A stretch of 53,094 nt of DNA from Candidatus Yanofskybacteria bacterium RIFCSPLOWO2_01_FULL_49_17 (GTDB taxonomy: Bacteria > Patescibacteriota > Minisyncoccia > 2-02-FULL-40-12 > GWA2-44-9), in NCBI GenBank assembly GCA_001795695.1, contig MGKO01000004.1, forward strand, positions 1 through 53,094, in the 5' to 3' direction. Shown here piece after piece: positions 1 to 8,352 of the stretch. How positions within the stretch are numbered: the stretch's first letter is position 1; every line of letters starts with the position of its first letter. Position numbers and translations under genes: made by a program. The notes beneath the pieces are model-generated. The model was given only the letters and a program-made list of their open reading frames with translations. It was not told where the DNA came from and made no database searches.

Positions 1-376
1 GCTTTCGTAAGAAAGAGGAAGGTGGGGATGACGTCAAGTCAGCGTGGCCCTCTGATGCCTTGGGCTACACACATGTTACAATGGGCGTTACAATGGGTTG
101 CCAACCCGCGAGGGGGAGCTAATCCCATCAAAGGCGCCCTCAGTTCGGATTGGAGGCTGCAACTTGCCTCCATGAAGCTGGAATCGCTAGTAATCGCTGA
201 TCAGAACGCAGCGGTGAATACGTTCTCGAATTTTGGACTCACTGCCCGTCAATCTAAGGGAGCCGGGAATACCCGAAGATCCATAATTTATGTGGGGACA
301 CGGTAAGCTCGGTAACAAGAGATAAGTCGTAACAAGGCAAGGCTAGCGGAAGCTGGTCTTGGATCACCTCCTTTCT
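1..376 (+). rRNA. rrs: 16S rRNA, 3' portion (truncated by window start)
   Basis: Conserved 16S segments GAGGAAGGTGGGGATGACGTCAAGTC, GCTACACACATGTTACAATGG, GGAATCGCTAGTAATCGC, AAGTCGTAACAAGG and terminal GGATCACCTCCTTTCT. Confidence 0.98.
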
Positions 377-736
377 ATTTTTCTTTTTAGAAAAATGCAT
401 GAAAGGTTAGAAGTGGGAGGCGAAAGATGGGAAGAATGATTTATCATTTTTCACATCCAACCTCTACCCTTCAACAAAATGAAGTCGATACCCCCACCTT
501 TCAAACGAAAGATGGGGGTGGCAGGTCCGATGCCGAAATCGGATTCCATTAGAGCTCGCGGTCACCTTTGGTGGCCTACCTCTAACGGGACAGGGTTCTT
601 AGCGATAGGAGCCTTGGTTCTGACTAGAACTAAAATAGTCTAGTCCCGATTGCGAAAGCAATCGTGGATCCTCGATTTTGTAACATCTAACGATTAACAA
701 AATCGGGACCGGTTAACTACGTGAAATTGCCAATGA

Positions 737-770
737 AACACAAAACTGCTCCTAGGAGCAGTTTTGTGTT
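737..770. terminator. Palindromic intrinsic terminator after the 16S trailer
   Basis: Perfect palindrome AACACAAAACTGCTCCTAGGAGCAGTTTTGTGTT. Confidence 0.75.
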
Positions 771-837
771 CGTGGACAGTCAAACTTGTAATATCCGTGG
801 GGGGGCTACAATTAAGATAATTAAATAACTAAGAAAT

Positions 838-1269
838 ATGGACGAAACACAATACGAAGGATCAAAAGAAATGTTGTCCCCGAAAGATGCGGCAATGTCC
901 AAAATAAGGGAAGAAGCTATTGAAAAAATTAAAACAGAATCAGGGCTTAGCGAAGAAGAATTTCAGGAGATATTGGACTCATTTCACTATGGCAGTACAT
1001 ATGTGGATAATGGACAGTTCCGCTTTAGATTTAGGGGGCATGAGATTGTTGGGTATGGAGGTGTGTCTTCTCACATGAATCCAGCCAGAAAAGATGGTGT
1101 CTCTGGTATGATTTATTCTATATCTATCGATGGCAAGAAAGTTCCTGAAACTCAATTAAGAGAATTTGAAGCAAAATTTGGGCCAGTCATTAAAGGGCTT
1201 TCAATGCTTTCAAATAAAGACACAGAAGAAGTAGCTAGTCGGGAAGAAGTTGATGATTTGTTAAGATAA
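838..1269 (+). CDS. Hypothetical protein (AT-rich, 143 aa)
   Basis: Open frame with protein-like composition between two terminators; no family recognised. Confidence 0.75.
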   Translation: MDETQYEGSKEMLSPKDAAMSKIREEAIEKIKTESGLSEEEFQEILDSFHYGSTYVDNGQFRFRFRGHEIVGYGGVSSHMNPARKDGVSGMIYSISIDGKKVPETQLREFEAKFGPVIKGLSMLSNKDTEEVASREEVDDLLR

Positions 1270-1273
1270 CCAG

Positions 1274-1308
1274 AATCATAAAACCGCCCGGTGGGCGGTT
1301 TTATGATT
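1274..1308. terminator. Bidirectional intrinsic terminator
   Basis: AATCATAAAACCGCCC-GGT-GGGCGGTTTTATGATT between convergent genes. Confidence 0.85.
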
Positions 1309-1323
1309 TAAAAATTAGAAAAA

Positions 1324-2052
1324 CTATTTGATCTGGTAGGTGATAGTGACGCTGACTACTATCTCGTTCTGGCCGACGGATATTTCCGGTCCGCCGCCTC
1401 CGCCAATGCCCCGGTCAGTGGCATACATCATCGGTATCGGATATCCGCCGGTATTCTCGGAGAAGTTCACGATGCGGCCAAGCTTGATGCCGACTTGGTC
1501 CTTGAGCTCGTCGGCTTTCTTTTTTGCGTCCTCAATGGCTTTTTGTCTGGCCTCGGTCTTTAATTTTTCAGGATCTTCAACCTGGAGGCCGAGATTGTTG
1601 ACCTGATTGGCGCCGGCCGAGACCAAACCATCCAAAACGGCGCTCACTTTCTCTAGGTCCCGGACCTTTACTTGATAGGACTGGGTGACCTGGTAACCGG
1701 TAATGGTGGCCTGTCCGCCGTAAGAAGAATATTTATATTGCGGATAAATATTATAATCCGTTGTTTTGATATCCTTCTCGTCTATTCCTTGTTTTTTCAA
1801 AAAATCAGCGACAGCTTGGGACTTTTTAGAATTCTGGTCTTGGGCTGTTTTGGAGTTAACGGCTTGGGTGACGATACTGGCTGATATCATTGCGATATCG
1901 GGCACAGCCAAAACCTTGCCCTCTCCGTTGAATGAGACCGTGTTCGTTGTCGCGGCGGTATTCCAAAGACGGTCTATCTCAACCAGAAGAAAAACGCCGA
2001 AAAGCGCTATTGTCACCGTCGCTATAATAATAAGTGGTTTGAAGTTATTCAT
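1324..2052 (-). CDS. SIMPL/DUF541 (BP26-like) domain protein with N-terminal membrane anchor
   Basis: TVSFNGEGKV..PD, IKTTDYNIYPQY, ARQKAIEDAKKKA, C-terminal V.V.Y pattern. Confidence 0.9.
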   Translation of the reverse strand: MNNFKPLIIIATVTIALFGVFLLVEIDRLWNTAATTNTVSFNGEGKVLAVPDIAMISASIVTQAVNSKTAQDQNSKKSQAVADFLKKQGIDEKDIKTTDYNIYPQYKYSSYGGQATITGYQVTQSYQVKVRDLEKVSAVLDGLVSAGANQVNNLGLQVEDPEKLKTEARQKAIEDAKKKADELKDQVGIKLGRIVNFSENTGGYPIPMMYATDRGIGGGGGPEISVGQNEIVVSVTITYQIK

Positions 2053-2115
2053 GGTGACTTCTTACGGGATTCATGCAATTAGTATATCATACGTAAATTG
2101 GAACCTGAAATTACC

Positions 2116-2820
2116 ATGAAACTGCCTCATAAGACATTAGAAAAAGGTTTATTTAATAAAGGATATGGTTACGTATGCGCGGTGGATGAGGTGGGCATTG
2201 GATGCCTGGCCGGGCCGGTAGTGGTCTGCGCCGTGGGTATGACCAGTACTTTCCATAAAAAGATTCACAAGAAACTTCACAACCTGCGCGAGTCAAAATT
2301 ATTATTACCCAAACAGCGGGAGAAATTCGCCAGGTGGCTTATCGAGGACCAGCAGCTTGTCTATACTTTAGCATCCTCGTCGCCGAAAGTGATAGACAAG
2401 ATAAATATCTACCAAGCTGCGCGCCGCGCCATGCGCAGAGCAGTCCAAAAAGTATCTAGTATTTCGTATCCAGTATCCAGTACAAAAAATCAAAAAATAC
2501 CAAACACTAAATACCAGATACAAGATACTGGTATCAAGACCATGGTTCTGATAGATGGTCCTCATAAAATTTCTAAATTAGACATAGAGCAAATACCAGT
2601 AGTGAAAGGGGACCGGAAAATATTTGCCATTGCCTGCGCTTCCATTATTGCCAAGGTCCATCGCGACCACCTTATGATCAAGATGGCCAAGCGCTATCCG
2701 GGTTATGGCCTTGAAAGGCACAAGGGCTACGGCACCAAATACCACCAATCCCAGCTGGCCGCTCTAGGCCCATCCGCAATCCACCGTCGGTCATTTGCCC
2801 CAGTCCGAAAAATGCTATAA
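2116..2820 (+). CDS. rnhB: Ribonuclease HII (with in-frame repeat insertion)
   Basis: VDEVGIGCLAGPV, LRESK, VKGD, IACASIIAKVHRD, HKGYGT, HRRSF motifs. Confidence 0.95.
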   Translation: MKLPHKTLEKGLFNKGYGYVCAVDEVGIGCLAGPVVVCAVGMTSTFHKKIHKKLHNLRESKLLLPKQREKFARWLIEDQQLVYTLASSSPKVIDKINIYQAARRAMRRAVQKVSSISYPVSSTKNQKIPNTKYQIQDTGIKTMVLIDGPHKISKLDIEQIPVVKGDRKIFAIACASIIAKVHRDHLMIKMAKRYPGYGLERHKGYGTKYHQSQLAALGPSAIHRRSFAPVRKML

Positions 2821-2830
2821 TCAAACCATT

Positions 2831-3871
2831 ATGGCTAGCATTGCAATCAACGGTTTTGGGCGGATTGGACGGGCATTTTTTAAGCTTGTCCTGACGAAGG
2901 AAGGATTGAACATCGTGGCCATCAATGACTTGGGCAATGTGGACGCACTGGCCTACTTATTGAAATACGATTCGGTTTACGGAAGATACGGCAAAGACGT
3001 CTCTGTAAAGGACGGAAAATTGGTGGTGGATGGAAAAGAGTTCCTGTTCTTGAGCGAGAAGGGTGCCGCTAAGCTTCCCTGGGGGCAGCTTGGCGTGGAT
3101 ATTGTGGTGGAAGCCACCGGCGTATTTGAAAGTTTTGAGAAGGCGGCGGTCCATCTGCGGGCCGGCGCGAAAAGAGTCGTCTTGACCTCACCGGCCAAAG
3201 ACGAAGATGGTTCGGTAAACTCACCACAAGTTCCAGCTGATGGCCGTACTGTGCTGATGGGCGTGAATGAGGATGTTCTGAAAACCTGCACCATATCTTC
3301 AAACGGTTCCTGCACCACTAACTCCGCTTCGCCGGTGATGCAGATATTGGTGGAGAAGCTCGGAGTCAAAAAAGCATTTTTAAATACTGTCCACGGCTAT
3401 ACCGCGACCCAGGCCTTGATAGACGGAGGAGCCAAGGACCATGACATGAGGCGGATGCGTTCGGCTGGCGTGAATATCGTGCCGTCCACAACCGGAGCGG
3501 TCATCGCTGTGGCAAGGGCGATTGATTCATTGAAGGGAAAATTTGACGGTGTCGCCATGCGCGTACCGGTAGTGACTGGTTCTCTTTCAGCGATAACTTT
3601 TGTCGCCTCAAGGCCGACCACGGCGGAAGAGATAAACAAAATTCTCCGCGACGCGGAAAGTGAGGATCGCTGGCAGGGGATATTCAAGACCACGAGCGAC
3701 CAACTGGTCTCCACCGACATCATCGGCGAATCCCACGCGGCCGTGGTTGACCTCACGCTGACCAAAGTCGTGGATAGCGACCTCTGCTGTGTCTACTCCT
3801 GGTATGATAATGAGTTCGGATATACTAATTCCCTTGTTGACCATGTATTAAAAATAGCAGCCAATTTATGA
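2831..3871 (+). CDS. gap: Type I glyceraldehyde-3-phosphate dehydrogenase
   Basis: AINGFGRIGR, SNGSCTTN active site, RVPV, WYDNEFGY. Confidence 0.97.
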   Translation: MASIAINGFGRIGRAFFKLVLTKEGLNIVAINDLGNVDALAYLLKYDSVYGRYGKDVSVKDGKLVVDGKEFLFLSEKGAAKLPWGQLGVDIVVEATGVFESFEKAAVHLRAGAKRVVLTSPAKDEDGSVNSPQVPADGRTVLMGVNEDVLKTCTISSNGSCTTNSASPVMQILVEKLGVKKAFLNTVHGYTATQALIDGGAKDHDMRRMRSAGVNIVPSTTGAVIAVARAIDSLKGKFDGVAMRVPVVTGSLSAITFVASRPTTAEEINKILRDAESEDRWQGIFKTTSDQLVSTDIIGESHAAVVDLTLTKVVDSDLCCVYSWYDNEFGYTNSLVDHVLKIAANL

Positions 3872-4152
3872 AAAAAATTGTAGAAGCTGTTTCCTATTCA
3901 TTAGCGGCTATAGATTTTATTTTTTTGTTTATTTCGGCTGCATTTGCGCTTGGTACCGGATTACAAATGAATGGCTTACTGTTCTTTATTTTATCTATTT
4001 GTTCATTAATCTTTTGGTCTCTCGGCCTGGTCTATGCAATTACAAGTAAAGCTAAAGGGGAAATATTTGTATTCTGCTTCCTATTGTTTATTTGGTTCGC
4101 GTTTTTCATGGGGTATTCAATTGCATATTTACAGAGCGTATACATTATTTAA
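3868..4152 (+). CDS. Small AT-rich membrane protein, about 3 TM segments
   Basis: ATGA overlap with gap stop; three hydrophobic stretches. Confidence 0.7.
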   Translation: MKKIVEAVSYSLAAIDFIFLFISAAFALGTGLQMNGLLFFILSICSLIFWSLGLVYAITSKAKGEIFVFCFLLFIWFAFFMGYSIAYLQSVYII

Positions 4153-4175
4153 TTTTTTAGTAGAGACAATAATTT

Positions 4176-4484
4176 ATGTCTGAAAGTTATAACAAATTAG
4201 TCAGGGATAAGATTCTACAGATCTTAGATTCAAAAGGTGTTAAATATGAACGACGTGAAGCGTCGCCTGAAGAATACAAGGCAGAACTTATTAAAAAATT
4301 AAAGGAAGAGATAAAAAAATTTGTGGAAGCCGGCAGCGCCGAAGAGCTTGCTGATGTGATGGAGGTCGTTGAGGCGCTAAAAGTATTGCCGGAATACCAG
4401 AACGCAGAAGATATCCGTAAAAAGAAGTTCGATGAACGGGGCGGTTTCCAGGACCGTATCATCCTGAAAGGTGAAAAAGTATAA
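4176..4484 (+). CDS. MazG-like / PRA-PH-like nucleotide pyrophosphohydrolase
   Basis: YNKLVRDKI, KL.EE, EELADVMEV, K..ERGGF motifs. Confidence 0.85.
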   Translation: MSESYNKLVRDKILQILDSKGVKYERREASPEEYKAELIKKLKEEIKKFVEAGSAEELADVMEVVEALKVLPEYQNAEDIRKKKFDERGGFQDRIILKGEKV

Positions 4485-4635
4485 TGTCCCAATACATTGA
4501 TAACCCGCTTTCGCCTATGAGTTACGCCTGCCTGCCTGCCGGCAGGCAGGGACGGACAGGCAAAAAGTGGAGGAGCTGGAGATTCATTGTATTTAGCAGT
4601 AAACATAGGTATAGTTGAATCGTCTTTTACGGAAT

Positions 4636-4950
4636 ATGGCATCAAATATACAAAAAATAGTAGATACAATTGTGAGGGAGTTTAAGCCTGAAAAGGTTGT
4701 ACTTTTTGGCTCACACGCATGGGGTATTCCGAAGGAGAACAGCGATATAGATTTGCTGGTTCTTAAGAAGGACAAAAATAAAAACACTCGTGAGATGTCT
4801 ATTGATTTAGAGCGTTTATTGGCAAACCGAAACGTACCCCTTGATATATTAGTATATAAACCCGATCAAGTGGAAAAAAGGTTGCGGATAAACGATCCCT
4901 TTTTAACAAAGATTTATAAGGAAGGGAAGTTATTGTATGAACAAAAATAA
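4636..4950 (+). CDS. Minimal nucleotidyltransferase (MNT), antitoxin-like
   Basis: LFGSHAWG...SDIDLLV polymerase-beta-type motif; overlaps HEPN gene. Confidence 0.9.
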   Translation: MASNIQKIVDTIVREFKPEKVVLFGSHAWGIPKENSDIDLLVLKKDKNKNTREMSIDLERLLANRNVPLDILVYKPDQVEKRLRINDPFLTKIYKEGKLLYEQK

Positions 4951-5335
4951 GGACATATGTCTTGAATGGGTTGCGAAGGCAGATGAAGACCTACGTTCAT
5001 TAGAGTCGCTTCTTAAACACAAAGAAGGTTCTCCTTCTACTGGTTGCTTTCTCGCTCAACAGGCGGTAGAAAAATTATTCAAGTCATTGCTGGTACTGCA
5101 CGGAGCTGAACTTGAAAAAGTCCATGATTTAATCGTGCTTCTTAATAAAATAAAAATTTATCAGCCGGAAATAGAAAGATTTCTCGATAAGATTTTAGTT
5201 CTTACTCGTTATTATATTGAAACAAGATATCCGGGAGATTATCCAGAGTTTACCTGGGAAGAATGCAAACGGGCATTTAATACCGCAGCAGAAATAGTGG
5301 AGTTCGTTAAGGAATCTGTATTTAAGTTTGCATAA
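4937..5335 (+). CDS. HEPN domain protein
   Basis: W..KA.EDL, CFLAQQAVEK..K, HDL, TRYP pattern; MNT-HEPN pair. Confidence 0.88.
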   Translation: MNKNKDICLEWVAKADEDLRSLESLLKHKEGSPSTGCFLAQQAVEKLFKSLLVLHGAELEKVHDLIVLLNKIKIYQPEIERFLDKILVLTRYYIETRYPGDYPEFTWEECKRAFNTAAEIVEFVKESVFKFA

Positions 5336-6228
5336 TGTCCCAATATATCGACGATAAAAAAGTGGAAGAGTTGGAAACGAAGGCTAATGAAGCGCGGGAG
5401 CTTTTGATTGAGATGCTGACGGAGGCGGGGTCGGGGCACACGGCCGGTCCTTTGGGTATGGCCGATATTTTTACGGCATTGTATTTCCATGTCTTGAATC
5501 ACGATCCGAAAAATCCGGAGATGCCGGAGCGGGACAGATTAATTTTGTCCAACGGACACATCACGCCGATACGATATGTTGTGATGGCGATGTCGGGATA
5601 TTTCCCGATTGAAGAATTAAAGACATTGAGAAAATTTGGCACGCGCCTGCAGGGACATCCAGAGCGTGAACGATTACCCGGCGTGGAGACGACCTCCGGA
5701 CCGCTTGGTTCGGGTCTTGGTCAAGCTTGTGGTATCGCCTACGCGGCAAGAATTGACGCTAAGAAATTTAGAACTTATTGTCTGATGTCTGACGGGGAGC
5801 ATGACTCGGGGGCGCTCTGGGAATCAGTCATGTTCGCCGGCAAAAATAAATTATCAAATCTGACGGGTATTATAGACCGCAACAATATCCAGATAGACGG
5901 CATGACCGAGGACGTGATGCCATTGGAAAACCTGCGCGCAAAATACGAGGCATTTAACTGGCACGTTTTAGAAATAGATGGAAATAATATAGAAGCGTTT
6001 GTGGACGCGACACATGAAGCGGCGGCCATCTTTGAGAAACCGACGGTTATCATCGCCCATACTATCCCAGGCAAGGGCATCAAAGAAATTGAGTTTGATT
6101 ACCGCTGGCACGGCATTGTTCCGGGGATGCAGGACGTTCCCGGGGCGCCTTCTAAGGCAGAACAATCTAAAAAATTCTTGGATGAATTACGAACGTTAGG
6201 TGGTAGAATAAAAAGTGAACACCAATAA
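5335..6228 (+). CDS. Transketolase, N-terminal (TPP-binding) subunit
   Basis: SGH, DRLILSNGH, LQGHP, SGPLGSGLG, SDGE, DRNNIQIDG, HTIPGKG. Confidence 0.95.
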   Translation: MSQYIDDKKVEELETKANEARELLIEMLTEAGSGHTAGPLGMADIFTALYFHVLNHDPKNPEMPERDRLILSNGHITPIRYVVMAMSGYFPIEELKTLRKFGTRLQGHPERERLPGVETTSGPLGSGLGQACGIAYAARIDAKKFRTYCLMSDGEHDSGALWESVMFAGKNKLSNLTGIIDRNNIQIDGMTEDVMPLENLRAKYEAFNWHVLEIDGNNIEAFVDATHEAAAIFEKPTVIIAHTIPGKGIKEIEFDYRWHGIVPGMQDVPGAPSKAEQSKKFLDELRTLGGRIKSEHQ

Positions 6229-6311
6229 TTAAAAATTTTAAATTTTGAATTATTAATTTTTAAAAATTTGAAAATAATAATTAATAATTTTTGCAAAGGG
6301 GGTGTTGTTAT

Positions 6312-6560
6312 ATGATGCAAAGCGATAATTGCAAATGTCCGCATCATAGTGTAGCAAAGCTCATAGGTCTGTTAGTGTGGGTCTCGGGCGTGCTGTTCTT
6401 CTGGTCCGCTTTCGCGGGACGGACTTTCTGGGACCTGGACGCGTTATTCTGGGCCTGGTCGGTAGTTGTTCTGTTCCTGTTGGCCAAGTCCATGCGTGGC
6501 GCTTGCCGGTGCTGCTGCGGAGAGAAGCACTGCCAAACTTGCCAGGTCAAACCGATGTAA
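6312..6560 (+). CDS. Small Cys-rich two-TM protein
   Basis: CKCPHH N-terminus, two hydrophobic helices, CRCCC..HCQTC C-terminus. Confidence 0.7.
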   Translation: MMQSDNCKCPHHSVAKLIGLLVWVSGVLFFWSAFAGRTFWDLDALFWAWSVVVLFLLAKSMRGACRCCCGEKHCQTCQVKPM

Positions 6561-6673
6561 ATTAGGAAAGCTCTAAACTCTAATATCTAAATCCTAAATA
6601 AATTTAAAATCCAATTTTCAGGTTTTGAACTTTGGTTATTATTTAGGGTTTAGGATTTAGTGCTTAGAATCTT

Positions 6674-7672
6674 ATGTTAAATAGCGAAGCTAAACTAATA
6701 CCAGATATTACTAAACCCGAATATATACCCACCAGAGATGGTTATGGCAAGGGCGTGGTTAAAGCGGGGGATAAAGATGAGCGGGTGGTCGTGCTCTGCG
6801 CCGACCTGACCGAGTCCACCCGGTCTTTGTGGTTCAAAGAGAAATTTCCGTCTCGTTTCATTGAAATGGGGGTGGCCGAGCAGAACCTGGCTTTGGTCGC
6901 CTCGGGTATGGCCAACTACGGCAAGATTCCCTTCATCTCTTCATACGCCACTTTCAGTCCCGGCCGCAACAATGAGCAGATACGGACCAATATCACCATC
7001 AATAATGTGCCGGTGAAGATTGTCGGCGCCCATGCCGGAATTTCCGTCGGTCCCGACGGGGCCACCCACCAAGCGCTAGAAGATATCGCCTTAATGCGGG
7101 TCCAGCCGAGAATGGTTGTGGTAGTGCCATGCGACGCTGTTGAGGCGGAGAAGGCGACTTTCGCCGCGGCATTCAACAATCAACCAACATATATCCGCGT
7201 TGGCCGTGAGAAGTCGCCCGTTTTCACGACTGCCGACACGCCGTTTGAAATAGGAAAGGCAATTGTTTTGAGAGACCTGCCTGCCGGCAGGCAGGCGGCA
7301 AACACCTGTGCGATAATTGGCTGCGGGATGCTTTTGCATAACGCCCTTTTGGCGGCTGAAGAACTAATGAGCGAGGGGATTGAGTGCATGGTCATCAATT
7401 CACATACCGTCAAACCTTTGGATGAAAAAACAATAGTTGAAGCGGCGCAAAAAACCGGAGCGGTGGTAAGCGTGGAGGAGCATCAGATCGCCGGCGGACT
7501 TGGTTCGGTCGTGGCCGAATGCCTGTCCAAAAACTATCCGGTGCCGCAGGAATTCATAGGCATTCAGGACCGTTTTGGAGAATCAGGCAAGTCAGAAGAG
7601 CTTATTGAGGTCTTTGGACTGGGTAAAGAATCAATAAAATCGGCCACCAAGAAAGCTATATCCAGGAAATAA
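6674..7672 (+). CDS. Transketolase, C-terminal subunit
   Basis: CADLTES, GVAEQN, GPDGATHQALED, EEHQ..GGLGS. Confidence 0.95.
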   Translation: MLNSEAKLIPDITKPEYIPTRDGYGKGVVKAGDKDERVVVLCADLTESTRSLWFKEKFPSRFIEMGVAEQNLALVASGMANYGKIPFISSYATFSPGRNNEQIRTNITINNVPVKIVGAHAGISVGPDGATHQALEDIALMRVQPRMVVVVPCDAVEAEKATFAAAFNNQPTYIRVGREKSPVFTTADTPFEIGKAIVLRDLPAGRQAANTCAIIGCGMLLHNALLAAEELMSEGIECMVINSHTVKPLDEKTIVEAAQKTGAVVSVEEHQIAGGLGSVVAECLSKNYPVPQEFIGIQDRFGESGKSEELIEVFGLGKESIKSATKKAISRK

Positions 7673-7706
7673 TTTATTTTTTTATTATTTGGTTCAAGTT
7701 ATTTTT

Positions 7707-8270
7707 TTAAGATTTTTTCAGGATCTCTTTCAATCGGGCCAGGTCTTTTTCTATCTTGTCTTTTACGGTCGGGTCTTTGGTTGCATAACTCGGATGAAAA
7801 GTAGGGACCAGCTCGTAACTGCCGAAGTTGAATGTCCGGCCGTGGACGTTATCAAGCGGCTGGCGGAGGCCTACCCCATTTAAGGCAAGATTACCCAAAG
7901 TAACGACCAGTGACGGGTTCAAGCTTTTCAGCTCTTCCTTCAAAAACGCGGCATGGGCCTTGAGCTCCTTAGGCGTCGGCACCTTGCCGTTAGGGTAGTA
8001 TTTGACGAGATTGGTTACGTAGATCTTTTTTTTATCCAAGCCCACGGTTTTGAGGACCTGATGGAATAATTTCTCGGATTGGCCGGCCAGCGGCTTGGCT
8101 TCTTTTTCGCCGTCGGAGTTAAGCATTTCGCCGACAAAAACCACTTTTGCCCCGACTAAACCGCTTCCGAATATCAATTTCTTATCATTGAACTTCTTTT
8201 TCAGGGCTCTGTGGACCCTTTCAAGTTCCTCGGGGGTTGTGGTGCGGGGCGTCTTCATTGGTTCGTTCAT
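7707..8270 (-). CDS. Uracil-DNA glycosylase superfamily protein (family 4-like, degenerate motif A); start uncertain
   Basis: VFVGE, YVTNLVKY, LVVTLG, TFHPSY motif B. Confidence 0.8.
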   Translation of the reverse strand: MNEPMKTPRTTTPEELERVHRALKKKFNDKKLIFGSGLVGAKVVFVGEMLNSDGEKEAKPLAGQSEKLFHQVLKTVGLDKKKIYVTNLVKYYPNGKVPTPKELKAHAAFLKEELKSLNPSLVVTLGNLALNGVGLRQPLDNVHGRTFNFGSYELVPTFHPSYATKDPTVKDKIEKDLARLKEILKKS

Positions 8271-8352
8271 CCCAGGGCACCGGCCTTGCGATGGCTGGAG
8301 TGTATCATTAAATCTTATTTTTTGCAAGTTAGCCCTGTTTTTGCTATAATTT

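Noticed and set aside
22..306. 94-aa ORF
   Set aside because: Lies entirely within the 16S rRNA
400..730. RNase P RNA, tmRNA or tRNA in the post-16S structured region
   Set aside because: No GAGGAAAGTCC-type RNase P motif, tRNA-like ends or cloverleaf seen on either strand
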